NCBI GenBank assembly: GCA_051294375.1
Contig: CM119264.1
Coordinates: 9,871,275-9,935,274, forward strand
Direction: 5' to 3'
Length of the DNA: 64,000 nt
DNA from: Paraspadella gotoi
Lineage: Eukaryota; Animalia; Chaetognatha
Both the position numbers and the translations under genes were made by a program. Below are positions 1 through 12,900 of this stretch, one piece after another. Every line of letters begins with the position of its first letter. Within the stretch, counting starts at the first letter, position 1. The notes under the pieces are model-generated. The model made no database searches, had not been told where the DNA came from, and saw nothing but the letters and a program-made list of their open reading frames with translations.

Positions 1-190
1 TTTTTGGTTTGGAAGGTTTTGGTGTTAAAGGGTGGGTCCTCGCCTGGGAACCAGGCTTGGGGGCTTTCAACCCCCCTAAGGGGGTTTACGGCCGTGCTCA
101 CACTTCACGAAGGGTGGTCCCCGGGTTGGGATTGAGCCCGGTACCCAGTGGTCATGAGCTGATTGCTTTACTAGATGAGAGCCAAAGGGA
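1..190 (-). mobile_element. Possible tRNA-derived SINE remnant (degenerate tRNA-like head, structured body, short A/C-rich tail)
   Basis: The minus strand reads TCCCTTTGGCTCTCATCTAGTAAAGC...ACCGGGCTCAATCCCAACC, with weak A-box and B-box-like motifs at tRNA spacing. A GC-rich body with a GCCTGG-TTC-CCAGGC hairpin follows, then an AAACC-rich end. The boxes are degenerate. Confidence 0.3.
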
Positions 191-628
191 CACAACTGAG
201 TGATTGATATTTCTATGCGGGGTGAACCTGGGCAAATCTACCACTGATAGTTAAAAAGTTTTGACAGAAAAATTATTGTACTACATAATGCATTATAAAC
301 TTTATGGATGTCGTACGTATAAGCTGATCTAGATATCTGTTTTACTGATTCTGCTTTAGGAGAATACATAGAAAATACAAAAAATTGCGTTTTTTTTTTA
401 AAAACAACTTTAATTAATATTATTAATTCGATTAAAATTCTTTTTCTTTATTAGGACGAATCAATAAGAATCGATAGAAATCAATCGGTTGACTGTTGAC
501 GGTTAATTGGTTATCTAGTGCCCTCACCAACTGGATCTCCTATTTGCAATCAAAAACCGAATATTAAAGGACTATCCTGATATATAGTAAGCGTCATCCC
601 AAATCACGTTTTTTTTTCATCCTTTCCT

Positions 629-1126
629 TCAAATTCCGCGCCTGCGCATCATCTCGTCCAACATGTTTTCAAATTTTCTCTCGGCTCTCTTCTTCCAAAT
701 TCCATCGGATTCGATTCCAAACTGACTTTTCGTCGCCTCGATCATCTCTTTAATGCTTTCTCGCACAAGCCGCAATTCTTCCACGAGGTGGCCGACGGCT
801 TCGCAATCCGCTTCCTTCCATTTGCCTTTTCCACGACCTTTTCCTTTGCCCTTGTCTTCGTCCTCGTCTTTGTCCTCGTCTTTGTCTTTGTCATCGTCGT
901 CGGTAAAGAAGGACCAGAGTGAGGTCCAGTCGAATCCTTCCGTTGTCGTTTGCGACGGAGCGAAGGTCAACCCAGCTGTCGATTCGTCCGGTGCTGCGGT
1001 TGCGGCTTCGGTAGACGCTGCTGTTGACGCTGCGGTTGCGGCTGCTGTTGTGACTTGAAATCCATCAGTGGCTTCCGTCGCGGCTTCGGTAACTCCGGCT
1101 TCGGTCAGATTCGACGCTGATGTCAA
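629..1126 (-). CDS. Probable terminal coding exon of an uncharacterised protein (Thr/Ala-rich mucin-like segment, D/K/E low-complexity linker, C-terminal amphipathic/coiled-coil helix)
   Basis: 165-codon GC-rich ORF in AT-rich surroundings, not built from a microsatellite. It has no ATG (starts at TTG, with an in-frame TAA just upstream), so it is probably spliced. Candidate acceptor is ...ttccttgacatcAG at 1118-1117. AATAAA lies on the minus strand at 452-447. No family recognised. Confidence 0.55.
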   Translation of the reverse strand: MTSASNLTEAGVTEAATEATDGFQVTTAAATAASTAASTEAATAAPDESTAGLTFAPSQTTTEGFDWTSLWSFFTDDDDKDKDEDKDEDEDKGKGKGRGKGKWKEADCEAVGHLVEELRLVRESIKEMIEATKSQFGIESDGIWKKRAERKFENMLDEMMRRRGI

Positions 1127-1493
1127 GGAATTTCTTTTTTAATTTTTAACAATGTCGTTATATCTTAATTAAGTAAATCAAGTAAAAAAAACAAGAACCG
1201 GCTCGTTGAAGGAAGGACGTTCCGATTCATGGACGCATTACACGAGATCAGGTGACTATACAAGTATGAAACATATGAACGGACGGACTGATCGCCCGCG
1301 AAAACTAACGCGAGTTCTCGCGGTTAAACTAAATATATTGTTGATAATATTAACTCACTGACGGATTCGTTGACGACCCTCTTCAACAGATGGATGAGTC
1401 TTAGGCGCGACAACGGAACGTATTTTGATCTTCGGAATCGTTTTCCCGAAATTCCTGCGGAGAAAATTGAATAATTTACGAATGTGTTGCTAT

Positions 1494-2083
1494 ATATGTT
1501 TCGTCGAGACAAAATTCCGTATTGCCGTACTATACATAATGCCATAACTAAAAAAAATACTCAACAACATTACAGCCGCCATAATATTCAACTGATTTAA
1601 AAATGTTTTAAACCAAGACATGAATGACATTTGGTAAACTTACCGAGAATCGCCGTCGCGAATAAAATGGCGACCAAGTAGAGTTTCATTCTTCCTCTTT
1701 TGTTTTTCGTGTTAAACTAAAATGAGAAAAGAATTAAGAGTAAATGAAAGAGAAAATTTCTGTGTTTAAAATTATCAAAAAAGTGATTGAATTCAAAAAG
1801 GTAGTTGAGAAATTTGTAATGATTTTAGAAGNNNNNNNNNNATATGTTTCGTCGAGACAAAATTCCGTATTGCCGTACTATACATAATGCCATAACTAAA
1901 AAAAATACTCAACAACATTACAGCCGCCATAATATTCAACTGATTTAAAAATGTTTTAAACCAAGACATGAATGACATTTGGTAAACTTACCGAGAATCG
2001 CCGTCGCGAATAAAATGGCGACCAAGTAGAGTTTCATTCTTCCTCTTTTGTTTTTCGTGTTAAACTAAAATGAGAAAAGAATT
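1494..2083 (+). repeat. Direct duplication (~240 bp; 1494-1737 = 1842-2083) across a 10-N gap
   Basis: Identical ATATGTTTCGTCGAGACAAAATTCC...GAGAAAAGAATTA on both sides of the N run at 1832-1841. The two copies then continue into different sequences. Confidence 0.9.
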
Positions 2084-2255
2084 AGCCTCACGATAATAAT
2101 AATGTAATGAATAATTAATGAATATAAATTAAATTTAATAATTAATTAATTTTATATTCAGCTTGTCATCATCGATGTCCTTAAAATTGAGTCAGGACAG
2201 TTATTAAATGTTTTGTTTACATTTTATCAAAACAAACAAATATCCTCTATTATCG

Positions 2256-2285
2256 AGCCAGGCGGGCAAAGCCCGTCCTGGCTAG
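2256..2285. other. GC-rich hairpin ending in CTAG; possible Helitron/Helentron terminus
   Basis: AGCCAGG-CGGGC-AAA-GCCCG-T-CCTGGCT, with CTAG at 2282-2285, isolated in AT-rich DNA. Confidence 0.35.
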
Positions 2286-2682
2286 ATTTTGATTCGGTTA
2301 GCTTTTGGTCACGCTTTTTTGCAATCATGGCTTCTGAAAGTGTGATATCATAGGGAGTTGAAATTTCATATATGGCTTCTAATCATCAAGATCTTTAAAA
2401 ATTCTCATGTTTCATATCAAATTCGTATTTGTTTATTTTTATTTACAAAACAAAAACGTTTTAATTATATGTCGCTCCTCTCTCTCTTTCTTTTAAATAT
2501 ATGTCGCTCTCTCTCTCTCTCTTTTCTCCGTCACTGCTTCTTCTGATTTGTCTAAAAACGAGTTCCGGCTCTGCAGCGTCCGTCCAGCTTGTTTCTCTCT
2601 CTTCTCTCTCTCTCTCTTTTTTTTTTTTTTTTTTACAAAAAAAATTTTAGAATTAATGTGGGCTCATTAATGTAAAAAACGA

Positions 2683-2757
2683 TGCCGCGAACAGGGTGCG
2701 AACCCGGGTCCTTTGGTAGAGAAGAGCTCACGCTATGTCCGGCGCCATAGGAACTGC
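2683..2757 (-). mobile_element. tRNA-like SINE head / tRNA pseudogene
   Basis: The minus strand reads GCAGTTCCTATGGCGCCGGACATAGCGTGAGCTCTTCTCTACCAAAGGACCCGGGTTCGCACCCTGTTCGCGGCA. It has an A-box-like TGGCGCCGG and a B-box GGTTCGCACCC at tRNA spacing, but no clean cloverleaf. Confidence 0.45.
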
Positions 2758-2874
2758 TGTTCTTTAACGAGTAAAGGGCTGTAGAGCTTTCTCTCTCTCT
2801 CTTTTTAATTATATATATCGCCTCTTTCTCTCTCTCTTTTTCTCTGCAGCGGGCTGTCTCTCTGTCTCTCTTTT

Positions 2875-2912
<38 letters not shown>

Positions 2913-3101
2913 TCTGTCTCTCTGTGTGTGTGTGTCCCTCTCTGTCGATCTCTTGCGTAATTGTTTGTTTTTTGAAAAATTCTGATTATTTTTTTCCTTC
3001 TAAAAACTTTTATTATTACCATTTATTCCGCGTTTTTTTCATAACAAAATCCCATATTTCATCTCGAGATTTTTCGTGGATTTATTCTCTTCTTTCCTCT
3101 C

Positions 3102-3133
<32 letters not shown>

Positions 3134-3299
3134 CTCTCTCTCTCACTTTCTACTCTCTCTCTCTCTCTCGTCTCTTCTCTCTCTCTCTCTTCTCTTCTCT
3201 CCTCTTCTCTCTCTCTCTCTCTTTCACTTTCTCTCTCTCTCTCTCTTCTCTTCATATCTCTCTCTCTCTCTTTCACTCATACACGCATTTGTTTGTTTT

Positions 3300-3490
3300 A
3301 TTGACTATCATTCGCTATCAAAAGTGAATGACTATCATCACAGCAGTAAATGACTATCATCGCCATCAATAATTGATTATCATCGAATCAATAATCAATT
3401 CTCTATTACATCAATAAATTACTATTACATCAATCAATTAGTATTAGCTCAATCATTACTAATACATCAATAATTCGTTATCGCATGATT
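3300..3490 (+). repeat. Degenerate ~21-23 bp tandem repeat (TGACTATCATC...ATCAATAA)
   Basis: Recurrent TGACTATCAT / TTACATCAAT units. Confidence 0.65.
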
Positions 3491-3586
3491 CATTCGTTTT
3501 TTTCATGGGTTTTTTCATTAATTTTCTTTGATAGTGAGCTCTGGCTCGATCTTTAGTCTTTTAAGATTTTTTTATTATTATGTTCT

Positions 3587-3620
<34 letters not shown>

Positions 3621-3739
3621 TCTCTCTCTCTCTCTCTCACTCTCTCTCTTTCTCTCTCACTCTCTCTCTCTCTCTCACTCTCTCTTTCTCTCTCTCTCTC
3701 TCTCTTTTTATGCAATAACGACGATCCTTATGCTTTTAG

Positions 3740-4943
3740 ATTTTTTTAACTTGCAATCATTTTTTCAACTTGCATTCCGTCAAAACTTTATATCTAGCTT
3801 CTTCACTCACTTTCCTACTGGCTCACAAAATTTCATCTCAATCTATCATGGGTTAAAATAAAATAAAAAGATTCAAGTAAAAATTGTGACTCATATTTTT
3901 TCATTTAAACTCATTTCCACTGGTACGTTTTCCACTGAAACTTTATATCAAGCTTCGTCACACATTTTCCTACCCCACACACAACAATTTCTCACTCAAT
4001 CTATCCATCCAATTATGAATAATTAGAGTATTTATTGGTTAAATAAGTTGAAAAGATTTTAGTAAATTCGACTTATGTTTTTTCCATTTAAACTAATTTC
4101 CACTCACACGATTCCATCGAAAACTTTATATCCAGCTTATCACACATTTTCCTACTCACACACAAATTTAATTCCAATCCACCCAGCAATCACGAGTTAT
4201 TGGAGCTTTGCTAAGATGGGACGGATGGACGGATTGATTGACTAATTAATTAATTATTGATTAATTTATTACTAATTGATTTAATTAACTGATTAATTAT
4301 TTGATTTATTAATACATCCTGCATATACATTAATATAAAAGGAAAAAGAAGCATAATCAATTAGTAAAACAGGTTTTTTGTTTTTTTCCATTTAAACTCA
4401 TTTTCCACTCAAACTATTCCATCAAAAACTTGATTTCCTGTTCAATCACACACTTTCCTACCACATACAAAATTCCAGGTCAATCAGCCCATCCACTCAT
4501 GGCAATTGGTGTTCAAATAGTGAATATATTTTTTTTTGTTTTTTCCATTTAAACATCATTTCCACTCGGACGATTCCATCTAAACTTCATCCACGCTCAA
4601 TCACACACATTACCTATCCTCCACACAAAATTTCATTTAAAATCCATCCATCCAATCACGAGTAATTGGTGTTTTTTTGCTAAGGTGGACGGACGGACGG
4701 ACGGACGGACGGACGGACGGACGAGGACGGACGGACGGACGACGACGGAGACGGACGCGACGGACGGACGACGGACAGACAGACGGACGGACGGACATCA
4801 TTTTTTTTGGCATAATTTATCAATAATTCGATGTTCTGACATGATATAAGTGTGTGCCGACAATATGAGGGGGCGGACCGACGGACCGAAAAAAGTGAGT
4901 TATGAGAGTCGGGATCTGCTGATGCAGCAGATCCGACTAAAAA
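3740..4943 (-). mobile_element. Helentron-associated non-autonomous element (DINE-1/HINE/Pearl-like) with internal tandem repeats
   Basis: The minus-strand end has a T-run, then a hairpin AGTCGGATCTGCTG/CAGCAGATC(C)CGACT (4907-4938), then a (GTCC)n microsatellite (4687-4796). Diverged ~160-180 bp units start TTTTCCATTTAAACTCATTTCCACT at ~3896, ~4078, ~4382 and ~4540. A second family member starts at 63869. The distal boundary is uncertain. Confidence 0.65.
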
Positions 4944-5841
4944 GTGAGAATTGAACTGCTTGAAAAATGATACTTTTACTGCGTGAATTACAAAAAATTG
5001 GAATAAAATTTTACTACACGTCTATCTTCCCCAAATCGACCCTCTGCGCGAGAAGTCCTCACAGTAATTATTTTCCTGAAAATTTTAGTTTTTTCTTTAA
5101 GAATTCTAATATCTAATAACTAATATCTAATTAAGCTAAGGCTAAGTTAAAAATTAAGTTTTCTAGTTATAAGACTGATCTTTAATAAAAAAAAAATCCT
5201 TAAAAATTATCGATCCAGGGTCTATATTTCAAAACAATCTTTTTTACTGACAGAAAACGCGTTTCAGTTTAAGTTGAAATTTTATTCACCCACAACTTGA
5301 AAGCGGAATAATTTAAAGGTAGGAGTAGGGTAATTCAGGTCACGTTTCATGTCACTTTCCTTTTCATTTATGGAATGGAATCAGAAGAAAGCGGGTTTTT
5401 GTTGATGAACGATAATCATTTTTGCTTCTTTAAACTTTTTTCACCTTTTAACTATTCCAAGTCATAAAAACTCTCAATTTCAGGAATTTATTGAATTATT
5501 TAATACTTTGAAAATATCAGTTACTCGAGCGTTTTCTTATTTGATTGAATTATCCTTATTTACATAAAAAGATTACTTTTCCTTTTTATTCATAAATAAA
5601 CAGAGTTTTTCTTGCGATGTTGTTCCCTTTTTTCGACCTTGAGAAGTCACCGAAACCATATTTTCCAATTCCTAATCCACTGCATTAAGAAATATTTAGA
5701 ATATAATCTCCTGATCAATGAGACGACCTCCCAATTCAAATTTTTTTTTTCCAATTCAAATTTTTCTTTCGAGTTTTTCCTTGATATGATTTAGAACTTT
5801 GAAACGCGGTTTTTTCTACCACTGCATGCAAGAAAACAAGA

Positions 5842-6800
5842 CTTCTTAAAATCATTACAAATTTCTCAACCTACCTTTTTGAATTCAATCACTTTTTTGA
5901 TAATTTTAAACACAGAAATTTTCTCTTTCATTTACTCTTAATTCTTTTTCTCATTTTTAGTTTAACACGAAAAAGCAAAAGAGGAAGGAATGAAACTCAC
6001 TTGGTCGCCATTTTATTTCGCGACGGGCGCGATTTCCGTAAGTTTACCAAATGTCATTCATGTCTTGGTTTAAACATTTTTAAAATCAGTTGAATATTCT
6101 ATGGCGCTGTAAAATGTTGTTGAGTATTTTTTTTTAGTTATGCATATAGTATTGTGTATATTTTATATCGGCAATACGGAATTTTTGTCTCGACGAGAAA
6201 CAGAGAAATAATAAAGTCGATAGATTTTGAGAACAAACACAATTCCGCCGCGATAACATATTACAAATTATGATAGGCTCCCGCAGGAAATTTCGGGGCC
6301 CGGAAAAACGATTCCGAAGTAGATCATACAATACCGTTTCCGGTTTGGTTCGCGCGTCCTAAGTGGATCTCATCTATCTCGTCTTGAATTGAGGGTCCCT
6401 TCGTACAAACGACAAAACCTCCCGTCAAGTGAGTTACACTTATGTATCAACAATCTAATAATTTAGTTTTATTTTATTTTAAACCGCGAAGAACCATCGC
6501 GGTTAGGTTTTGTCGTTTAGAAGGTGCGCAAAGTTCACGTCGTCTGGCGTTCCATAGAATGTTTCTAACATGTCCTTGTATGTAAGGTGCTTATCTGTCT
6601 ACGTGGGTGTGTATTATTGCGTAGCCATGAAATTCCTCCTCTCCGAATCAGTTCCTCTCTTCTTCTCCTCATCTTTGACCGCGCCCACATGGGTCCCCTA
6701 GCTTGTCCCTTTTACTTGTCTTCGTATCCCAGCACATCTTCGCTTAAGTTTCTGACAGACCTCTTTTCAATTAATAATTTAATAACGACATGGTTTAAAA
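5842..6800 (-). repeat. Inverted, increasingly noisy copy of ~1140-1831
   Basis: 5842 onward is the reverse complement of 1831 backwards (e.g. TTGGTCGCCATTTT vs AAAATGGCGACCAA). Insertion-type errors increase towards the gap at 6934. Confidence 0.85.
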
Positions 6801-7141
6801 AATTAGATCCATATTAGCACCAAACACATCGTACGTTTTCCCCCTCTTCTCTAGACTATCTATTCCTCACTTGGGCGTTATCGAATCACATGACCGTCAA
6901 GCCTGCGGCATGATGCTCTTTTTTACCGAAGTCNNNNNNNNNNNNNNNNNNNNNNNNNGCAGATCCGACATTGTTTGCTCAAACTTGTTTTAAAAAAATG
7001 GTTCTGCAATGTGAATTGAAATACAGGCAATAAATATAACTTGTTACTCCCGCAAAGAATTTTCAAACACGTTTAAATTCAAATTATAAGAAATGAGGCA
7101 CTTTCTAAAAAAATCTTATATATATATATATAATATATATA

Positions 7142-7186
<45 letters not shown>

Positions 7187-7559
7187 TCTCTGACTCTTTT
7201 TCTTTTTGGGTCAAAAAACGTTCATCTTTTTTGTGCTTTTCCGATAACAAACACCGAATCACCGACCCGGGAAACTCGATCGATCGTGATTTTCGTCGTC
7301 GTCACCGATAATTGTAACAGAATATAAATAGAAAGGCGTTACCTTTTCCACTTTTCGAAGGTTCTTCTTTGTCGCGATCCACAAGCGGAAAACTCGAATG
7401 ACGCCAAAGGGGAATACAGAGGGAGGGAAAGGAAAAAGGAGGGAAGAGGCTGAACAGAGGAGGAGAGCGTCCGGAGGAAAAGGTTTCATCTAGGAACATA
7501 AGGCGAGCGTCGAGGGAACGCCTCGATGTCAAAACTGTTATGAGAGAAAAAGAAAGAGT

Positions 7560-7615
<56 letters not shown>

Positions 7616-8914
7616 TAAATGTGAGACAAGAGAAAATCGTTTTGCTTTACGATTTCTAAATAAAAAAGTTTTTATGAATTTTTTTTCTGAAATAAAAGAA
7701 ACAATATGACAGTTAAGACGAGAAAAAGATAAAACGATAAAACAATAAAAAAAACAATTTGACATTCAAACGATAAATGAGCATTGAGCAAGACTAATTT
7801 ATGAACATTAGAAGTTTGTCTATTTGTTGCAGAATTTACTGTCGATATCGACCTTGTGATCAGTGATGTACCTCATTGCGGTCCTTCGATGTAAAATTCA
7901 CAGATAGCGACAAAATTGCCGAGTGGAGAAAACAAAACCCAAGTGAGTTTTGTCCAAAGTTGTCGTAGTCAAATCTCTTTTTATTAAATACTTTTTTTAG
8001 TTTGGTAATCTTGATTTTGAAAGCCGTGTACCTAAAGATCGACATGGATCCTAAATTGTAAAAGGCCAAAAAGGGGGAAGAGTGGCCACAGAACGCGTAA
8101 TATTGGTCAACCATGAGCGAATGAAAGGCCGCGAAATTGGCTGATTTTGGTTCAATTCCGAAAAAGTCCAGTCGACTTCTCATTTTGCCCTTTTATCTCC
8201 TCACCCTTAGTTCCCCTCCTCACCGCTGTCGCTCACCGCCCCTTCCCCGCCGTTCTCCCCCGCTCCCGCCTTTCCCCCACCAGTTTTCAGCCTAAGTGGA
8301 ACATGTCCTAATTGGCTTCAATTTCTCCGGACGACGAAAACTGTCCCTCGTCTCCCGGAAGATTTCCGGTCGGGTCAACGCTCGACGGACGAGGAGGAAA
8401 ATTGCCCACCTCGCCTTCTCTCCCTCCCCCGATTCGACTCAACGCGATGCGCATTTATACTTATTTGTTTCATTCTCATATTTCTTACTTTCTTCATCAA
8501 TCTTAATATGTATGTTCAACTTTATCCGATTTCGTTTTATTTATTTTCTCAATTAATTTTATCCGAATTTGTTTTCCTTTATCCTCAACTCAGCTTTCCT
8601 CTCAGGGATGAAGACGTGATGCATTCAAAGCACAAACTCTGGCTTTTACCTCTAGAGGTTGATGCGGAGGCGATAATTGGACTCTCTCTCTCTCTCTGCA
8701 TCTCCTCTCCTCTCTCTCTCTCTCTCTCCTCTTCTCATTCTCTCTCTCTCTCTTCTCCTCACGATTTACGGACACCGTTCGCCTTGTAGGTAGGAAGAAC
8801 CTCTCGCCCCATTTGGCGCAAGAAGTAACTGGGTCTTTCCGGGTTCGCTTAAAATTCGGTCGTCCCGCATTTCTCCTCTCTCTCTCTCTCTCTCTCTCTC
8901 CTTCTCTCTTCTCT

Positions 8915-8948
<34 letters not shown>

Positions 8949-9114
8949 CTTCTCTCTAATTATCTTTTGAATATATTCATGTTCCTTCTTTACAGTCACG
9001 TCTGATCAGAGATTCATTTTTCTCAATCCTCTCTCTTATTCAATGAACGAAAAAAACAATTTTGGAGGACATGATTAATGTAGGATCCGAAGACCAGAGG
9101 AGAGAGAAGAGAGA

Positions 9115-9147
<33 letters not shown>

Positions 9148-9949
9148 CAGATGAAAGTGCACCGAAATCAGGAGCCACACTGGTCGATCCAGTTACTCAA
9201 CCCAGGCGCATCAACCGATCACCCGGATACCTGTTGGCTGTTGGGCGCGGCACTTGAGCGGCAATAGGACTGATCTCTTAATTCTGTTAGTGTTTCTTTC
9301 TTTTGTAGCCGCATCCCTCATTATTTTCTTTTTAAAATATCCAATTTCCCTTTCCCCTTATTCGCAACTTCCATTTCACTCATGCATCATAAACCGGCGG
9401 TGTCTCATTATTTCAAATAAGTGTTTATCACCTACCATCTCTTCCTTTTATATATCTGTTTTTATTCTCTCCCTATGATTCCACTAACACTATTTAATAT
9501 CTTATTTTTTATAAAAACCATTGTCTTTATTTCTATGTTCTCCCTTGTTTTCGATATCCTTTTATACTTTTTTCGGTTGTGGTTCACTCCTTTCTAGGCT
9601 TTCTCCGCTTGATACCGACCAATAACCGCCCTCTCAATCGCTCTTTTTTCTTCTCGCATTCGCACCGCTCGAGAAGCAATGAGGAAAGAAAAATGGAGGT
9701 TGAAGAGAAGAAAGAAGGGTAGGGGATGGCCCATAAGAAAACTTCGGCAAGGCAGGATCTTTCAAGCTCTGCCGGAAATTGACTCAGGTAGACGAGTGGC
9801 ACAGATTGAAAGATGATGGAGTACAGGCCGAAAAGAGTAGATGTAAGTCAGAATAAGGGGACGAAAGAGCCGAGAGAGAGGAGAAGAGAGAGATATATTT
9901 AATTCAAGAGAAGTATCAAGAAAAATGGAGTTAGAAATAGAACAATTTT

Positions 9950-12900
9950 AGGAAGTTGCGCACACCTGAGTGATGTGTCTTGGGCCCACGGAGGAATCCC
10001 GCTCTTGTAGGCGGGTAACCAATATGGTAAGAGTGTCGGATTTTTGAATGGATATCACGAATTCTAAAACTGAAGGTCAGGATCGTAGATCGTCAATCGT
10101 TTTTTCAGCAGAAGTTAACCACGATCTTCGACATTCTTTTGAAACGAAAAGCTCAAAGAACTTTTCCAGGCGGAGCCAAATCCAATTGGCTCAGAGGGGG
10201 AAATCACACCCATCCGTAAGGGCGTGTGTTAGCATCCAACAGGATCATAAAACGGACTTACCTCTGATATGGCGCAAAAACAGGACGAGACCGATTGGTC
10301 CTATAAGGGTTATATCCGCGCCCAGTGACTGGATTGCGTCACTGAGGGTCGGAGCCCCCCAAAGCAACACGTGAGATGCCCCATTGCCCAATGGGATCAC
10401 AGGGGGCAACCCGGCTGTTTGCCATATCTCGTCTCTTATCTTTTATTTGCTACAACTCGTAGGCAGCGTACGACCTGTTTGTCCTTCCCTTGATCTGGGC
10501 AATTAGACCACTTATTGTCTTAACTTCCGGCGTGTAAGGCAACTCAATTCTGTTTCGATTATTATGGATCACGAAAGGAGTAAGCATGTACTAGTGCAGT
10601 CACGTGGATAACATTACAAGACTTGTGTAATCGTGCGCGTTTTCACCAATTGCACAAGAATTTAATAACTGAAGAATTTCATGGACGATACTGAGAATTT
10701 GCCGAGTTCCATTTTATATTAAAAACTGGCAAGAGTAGTCCTGTAAATCGCCTTTATTTTGGTACTTGTGTTAATACAATATACGGTGAAGTCATTGACC
10801 ATATAGAAATACGGTCGGCGATCAGAAAAAAATGTGGTATTTATCTTCGGTAGTTATTACTTGATTAGTTCTCTAAGTCAATTTATTGTTTACCACAAAT
10901 ACTAAGTAATACTTAATAAGAGCCTTGTCTGTGCTCAAGTGTAGCTCAGGTTATCAGTCGGGAAATGGCATGCATGAAAAACTTGAATTCTTTAACTTGT
11001 ATTCCTGGTTTTCCTCTTTTTCTCTCTTTTCGTCATGTTCTTGGTTCTTTCTCAATCCTTATTAGTCGATCTGGTTATTTTTATTTTGTACGTCTTTAGG
11101 TAGTTTCGAGCGCTGTAACTGTACTTGAGACATAAGATTGGACGCTCTTCGCCTCGTTCTGATTTCATTCATGCATAATTCGACTCAAGAGATTTAGAGA
11201 TTTCAAGAAGATTCAATTTTTTTTTCGAACGTTTAATTTATAAGGGGAAGGGCCGGCCCGCCCTGGAAAACGCGATGACTAATCCGAGTATATTCTGGCT
11301 ACAGAAATCAGCGGTCAGTCATGCCCTGTTATGAATGTTTATGAATAGATTTCCCCCGCCCCCGAGATAGTAATTATAGGTATACTTATCCCAGCGTCGG
11401 AAACCCGTTTTTTTTTCACGAACAGATGACTCAATTCTACAATTAATAGACCAAATAAAAAATAACAAATATTAGTAAAAGATGAAAAATAAGTACAAAT
11501 AAGCTATAAGGGTCAAAGCTTTATCACGCATAAAGTTGCAAATTTAGAGCACTCACTTGAAATATATTGAGGGAGAAAAGATGTGGGGACTGTGGACAAT
11601 GACATGACATAACAGATGACTTTGAACATGAAATTACAGGAGAATCATTATTGAAATTGGTACAACCAATATATAATTGTATAGTTCTCATTGATCGTAA
11701 AAGTTTTAATAAAAATAAGCTATCTTGCCCGACCTTAGAATATAGACAGGGGCTTTGGTGGTTTAAAGGCCCGACTTCATACACTGCTTACATTGATAAT
11801 TGAACAGAATCATTAACAGCAGGAGAATGCCCTGACAAGGCTATTTCAGAAATCAAGCTCTCTGCACACGCTCTCAGCACAAACTGCTCATCAACTCCTT
11901 CACATCGCTCACAAACAGTCTCGTTGATATCACGTTGTTCCCCAGCATGTACTTGGGTTATATTATATCAGCATATGATCAAGTTTAATAATGATACGGC
12001 CATAATTTTTGATATAATATTTCAAAGAATGTTTAATTGGTATGAAATATATTATAATTCAACAAACAATTCACAGGGTTTGGGCAGACATGATGAAAAA
12101 AGGTTTATATAATGGAGGGCATGAATACAGAGAATAGAGGTTACTTGAGATGATAAAGATTGAGAGATGAGATTTCAGGTGGTAAGCGGTCTTGAATATA
12201 TATCATCGAGAGGAATTCACAATTCAAGAAAGAAAAGAGAAACGAAAGGGCTAAAGCAGGATAAATCAGACCAATCGGAGATAAGATGCCGACACGGAGA
12301 TACCAAACCGGGAATAAATCTCACCATCATCGCTCATTGGGATCGAATAACCAGTGGCGCACAGGGCCTATGGTAGGAATTATATGATACTGATCTAGCA
12401 AAACAATGGAACGTTGTCTGTCATGCTAGGCCGGAATGATAATCCTCGCTTTGGAGAATTGGGGGTAACATAATATGGCTCACGTGGTCAACAAAATGTT
12501 TATGATATCAGCTGGTGAGCGAGTCGTTAATTTTTCTATTCCTGGGGGATTGGATTTTTTCTCCTTTTTGATTATATTTGCATTTTCCGAGAGAATTTCA
12601 ATATCGTCGAAACGAAAGCGATCGGTTTAATAAATTTTTCATCCTGGTAAGAAAAAAAATACAAGAAAAAATACTTCTATAAAAATAAAAAACGCTCAAG
12701 ATAAAATTCTTTACTTTTTTTGGTAAGAGGACATTGTCTTGTATTACTCGTTAAGGCCGTCAGTTTCAAATTAGGAATAATGAATCTTTTTTTTTCCCAA
12801 ACCTACCTCATAGACCTTTGTACCTCGTTTCTCAGTGGTGGGAAATTCACTTGAAAAGACAATATTTAAGTAGAAATCCATCAATCGAATGCGAAGAATA

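Noticed and set aside
2683-2757. Functional tRNA gene
   Set aside because: The B box is present, but acceptor, D and anticodon stems do not pair properly; kept only as a SINE-like remnant.
7860-8183. 107-aa ATG-initiated ORF
   Set aside because: No recognisable motif or splice context, and the neighbouring sequence is of doubtful quality.
10270-10372. Independent third twister copy
   Set aside because: It lies inside the noisy duplicate and has the same flanks as the 3' LTR at 21289-21543.
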